A stretch of 64,000 nucleotides of DNA, taken from positions 1 to 64,000 of the forward strand of contig CAVPGK010000016.1 in assembly GCA_963703955.1 (NCBI GenBank), in the 5' to 3' direction. The DNA comes from Nitrospirota bacterium (GTDB lineage: Bacteria; Nitrospirota; Nitrospiria; Nitrospirales; Nitrospiraceae). The first letter of the stretch is position 1. Every line of letters begins with the position of its first letter. The notes below the pieces were generated by a model. The model was not told the origin of the DNA, did no database searches, and saw nothing but the letters and a program-made list of their open reading frames with translations. Of this stretch, positions 61,204 through 64,000 are shown piece by piece. The translations under genes and the position numbers were made by a program.

Positions 61204-61270
61204 TGTCTCCTCCTTGCGTCTATCCATGTATGTGAGAGCACGCAAGAGGATAAACGAATTCCCATCTCTA

Positions 61271-61292
61271 AAACATGATGCCGGTCATGTTT
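61271..61292. promoter_or_regulatory. Crp/Fnr-type palindrome upstream of nirK
   Basis: AAACATGA-tgccgg-TCATGTTT, perfect 8-bp arms (TGA-N6-TCA). Confidence 0.7.
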
Positions 61293-61304
61293 GTGAAATA
61301 ATTA

Positions 61305-62027
61305 CTAGGCGACGGAGAATCTGGAGTGACGAGCGGAAGAGGAAAGAGAAGCCAGTTGCTTCAACCGAGTTAGGTCGCATATGACCAGACATTTGGCCGT
61401 CCCGCACACCAGTCGCTCGCGCTTGAATCGACTCATGATGCGGATCGCCGTTTCGGGGGTGATGCCGGTCATATCCGCCAAATCTTGGCGTGTCAGACGG
61501 ACGGTAAGGTGAAGTCCGTCGGCCTCCTTGACCCCGGCTCTCGATGCCAGATTGACCAAGAGCGCAGCCAATCGCTGCTCGGCGCGATCGAGAGCCAGAA
61601 CCTTGGCATGTTCTTGCGCTTCGTTGAGACGCTTGCCGAGGTACTTGATGATCTCCAAAGCCGCGTCGGGATGCCGACGCAACATGTCAAAGTAGCACTT
61701 CTTGCTGAGCCGCAAGATACTCACATCGCCCATGGGTTGGGCGCATCCGGGGTGAGGAGCGCCGTCGAAGACGGCGGCTTCGCAACAAAAGAGATCACCG
61801 GGCATCAGCACCTTCATCGTGACATCTTTGCCGTCCGGTGATGACTTCACGCACTTCACCGAGCCTTCCTTGACGATGTGGAAATAGTCGGCAGGGTCGC
61901 CCTCTCGGAAGATATATTGATCCTTCGTGTAATGGGTCTCAACGATTTCACGAGCGATCCGCCGGCGCTCGCGCTCGTTCAATGCGTTGAACAGCGGGAT
62001 CTTCTTCAGTGGATCAGCCTTCTTCAT
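61305..62027 (-). CDS. Crp/Fnr-family transcriptional regulator
   Basis: IFREGDPA, cNMP-binding fold, EQRLAALL, LTRQDLADMTGITPETAIRIM HTH. Confidence 0.93.
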   Translation of the reverse strand: MKKADPLKKIPLFNALNERERRRIAREIVETHYTKDQYIFREGDPADYFHIVKEGSVKCVKSSPDGKDVTMKVLMPGDLFCCEAAVFDGAPHPGCAQPMGDVSILRLSKKCYFDMLRRHPDAALEIIKYLGKRLNEAQEHAKVLALDRAEQRLAALLVNLASRAGVKEADGLHLTVRLTRQDLADMTGITPETAIRIMSRFKRERLVCGTAKCLVICDLTRLKQLASLSSSARHSRFSVA

Positions 62028-62063
62028 GTGGACCGCCACCGTCCTCCCATCGGATGCTTCCGC

Positions 62064-63925
62064 CTAGATGATGCGTTTAGCAGTCTCGACGATCACCGGT
62101 GCACTAATGCCGTACCGATTCAGCAACTCGTCCGGTTTGCCGCTGTGCGGAATCTCTCGGACCGCCAGCTTGTGCACTCGAATCCCCTCATGTCCCACTG
62201 CGCCCAGGACTGCATCGCCCAACCCGCCGTGTTCGTAATGGTCTTCCACGGTCAGCACGCGCCCATGCGTCGCACGCGCACTTTCCAGCAGCGTGGCCCG
62301 ATCGATGGGGACGATGCTGTACAGGTCAATCACGCGGACGGGGATTCCGGCGGCTTTCAATTGATCGTAGGCTTTCAGCGCCTCGAAGAGCGTGACGCCG
62401 GCGGCCGCAATGGTCAGCCGATCGGACTCGCTTTTCCGTATGACCTTGGCTCCGCCGATCGTAAACGTTTCGTCATTCCCATAGAGAATGGGCGATTTGG
62501 GGCGGCCGGTTCTGATATACACAGGGCCATGATGCGCCGCCGCTGCTTCGACCAGGCGGTGCGTGCACACGGCATCGGATGGATAGAGTACGACCATGCC
62601 GGGCTGCGCGGCCATGATCGCCAGATCTTCGAGCCCCATCTGGGAGGGACCATCTTCGCCGATGCTCACGCCCGCATGGGAGCCCATGAGCTTGATGTTT
62701 GAGTGGCTGATCGCCGCCATGCGGATGAAATCATAGGCCCGGGTGAGGAAGCAGGCAAAGGTGGCTGCAAAAGGGATCTTGCCGCACGCGGCCAAACCGG
62801 CCGCTGCGCCGACCATATTCTGCTCGGCAATGAAACCCTCGAGAAATCGATCGGGGAATTGCCTGCCGAACTTGTCCGTGAAGGTGGAATTCTTGACATC
62901 GGCATCCAAACCCACGACGAGCGGGTTGGCCTCTCCGAGCGCGGCCAGCGCCGCTCCGAAGGCTTCGCGAGTCGCGACTGAATCGGTCGGCTTATAGACC
63001 GGCGGTGCCATAGGCTTGACCGGCTTTGCCGCGTTCTTCGACACGTCCGGCCTGGGTATCTCCGGCTCATCGGTGCTCTGACTCAGTTGCCGGGTCAACT
63101 CGTCGATAGCCTTTTGCATCTCATCGCCCTTCTTTAACGGTTTTCCATGCCAGTCCGGCCGGTCTTCGACGAATGAAATGCCCTTACCCTTGAGCGTTCG
63201 CGCCAGGAGCACCGTCGGCCTGCCCTTTGTGAAGGCGGCTTCATCGAACGCCGCCAGAATGGCCGATAGATCATGCCCATCCACAACGATCGGGTGCCAG
63301 CCGAATCCGGCCCAGCGAGAACGATAGCCTTCCATATCATGCTGCAGCATGGTGGGATCGCTTTGCCCAAGTCGATTGACGTCCACGATCGCGCACAGGT
63401 TGTCCAGGCCATAATGGTGTGCGATCTCAACTGCTTCCCAAACAGACCCCTCCACCGATTCCCCGTCTCCCATGAGCACATAGGTGCGAACGGTGGAACG
63501 ATCCAGACGTTTGGCGTTCACCGCCATGCCGATTCCCGCCGAGAGGCCTTGTCCCAGCGAACCGGTCGCCACATCCACGAACGGCAGACGGGGCGTCGGG
63601 TGACCGTCCAGGTCGGACTCCAAAGTGCGAACTTGAGCAGGTCTTCTTTGGGAACGAGGCCGGCCTCCGCCCACGCCGCGTAGAGCAACGGTGCCGCATG
63701 ACCCTTCGAGAGAATGAACCGGTCGTTGTTCGGATTCTTCGGGTTCTTCGGATCATAGCGCATGACGGAAAAGAAAAGGGCCGCGACAAGATCAGCGGCA
63801 GAGCAGCAACTCGTGGGATGGCCGCTGCCGGCCTCACTGGTCGCCCGGACGCTGTCAATCCTCAAGCGGGTTGCCTTATTGCGCAGCGCTGTGAGAAGGA
63901 TGTGTTGTGTCATGCGCACAGCCAT
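62064..63925 (-). CDS. tkt: Transketolase (1 frameshift near 63625)
   Basis: [20 protein letters not shown] / [34 protein letters not shown]. Confidence 0.95.
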
Positions 63926-64000
63926 GCTGAGTCTCCTTGGTCGGGGTTTCTATCCCTTGTAACAAACAGAAGATGGACAGTCAATTTAAGTAATGTCGAC

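Overview
Bacterial chromosomal window of moderately high GC. The gene content (type-E succinate dehydrogenase subunits, Cu-nirK with a Crp/Fnr regulator, DHH-CBS tRNA nucleotidyltransferase, gpgS) suggests Nitrospira/Nitrospirota; this is an inference. Bases 1-8600 are a decayed integration hotspot around tRNA-Ser(TGA), with three tyrosine-integrase remnants, one intact IS3-family element, two IS3 remnants and cargo genes. serS, a radical SAM gene, a rhodanese and skp follow. Bases 12500-29600 form an unusually elaborate Kdp (K+ uptake) locus: kdpF-A1-B-C, an orphan secF paralogue, a second kdpA with altered filter motifs, kdpD-E, a convergent porin operon, an ArsB/NhaD-type permease and at least six short single-TM ORFs. 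Six promoters across this locus share a rigidly spaced TTTTGAC direct-repeat motif that I infer is the KdpE box. Bases 29600-64000 are mostly core genes: HD-GYP/HEAT, zwf, A-adding-type enzyme, ltaE, gpgS, AsmA-like, M24 peptidase, sdhB, archease-rtcB, CCG-domain subunit, nirK, Crp/Fnr and tkt. A roughly 380-nt densely base-paired intergenic element follows rtcB, with a sigma54-type promoter facing into it. Single-base frameshifts in sdhB, nirK, tkt and a DUF4440 gene probably reflect sequencing error. All calls come from motif recognition by eye; no database search was run.
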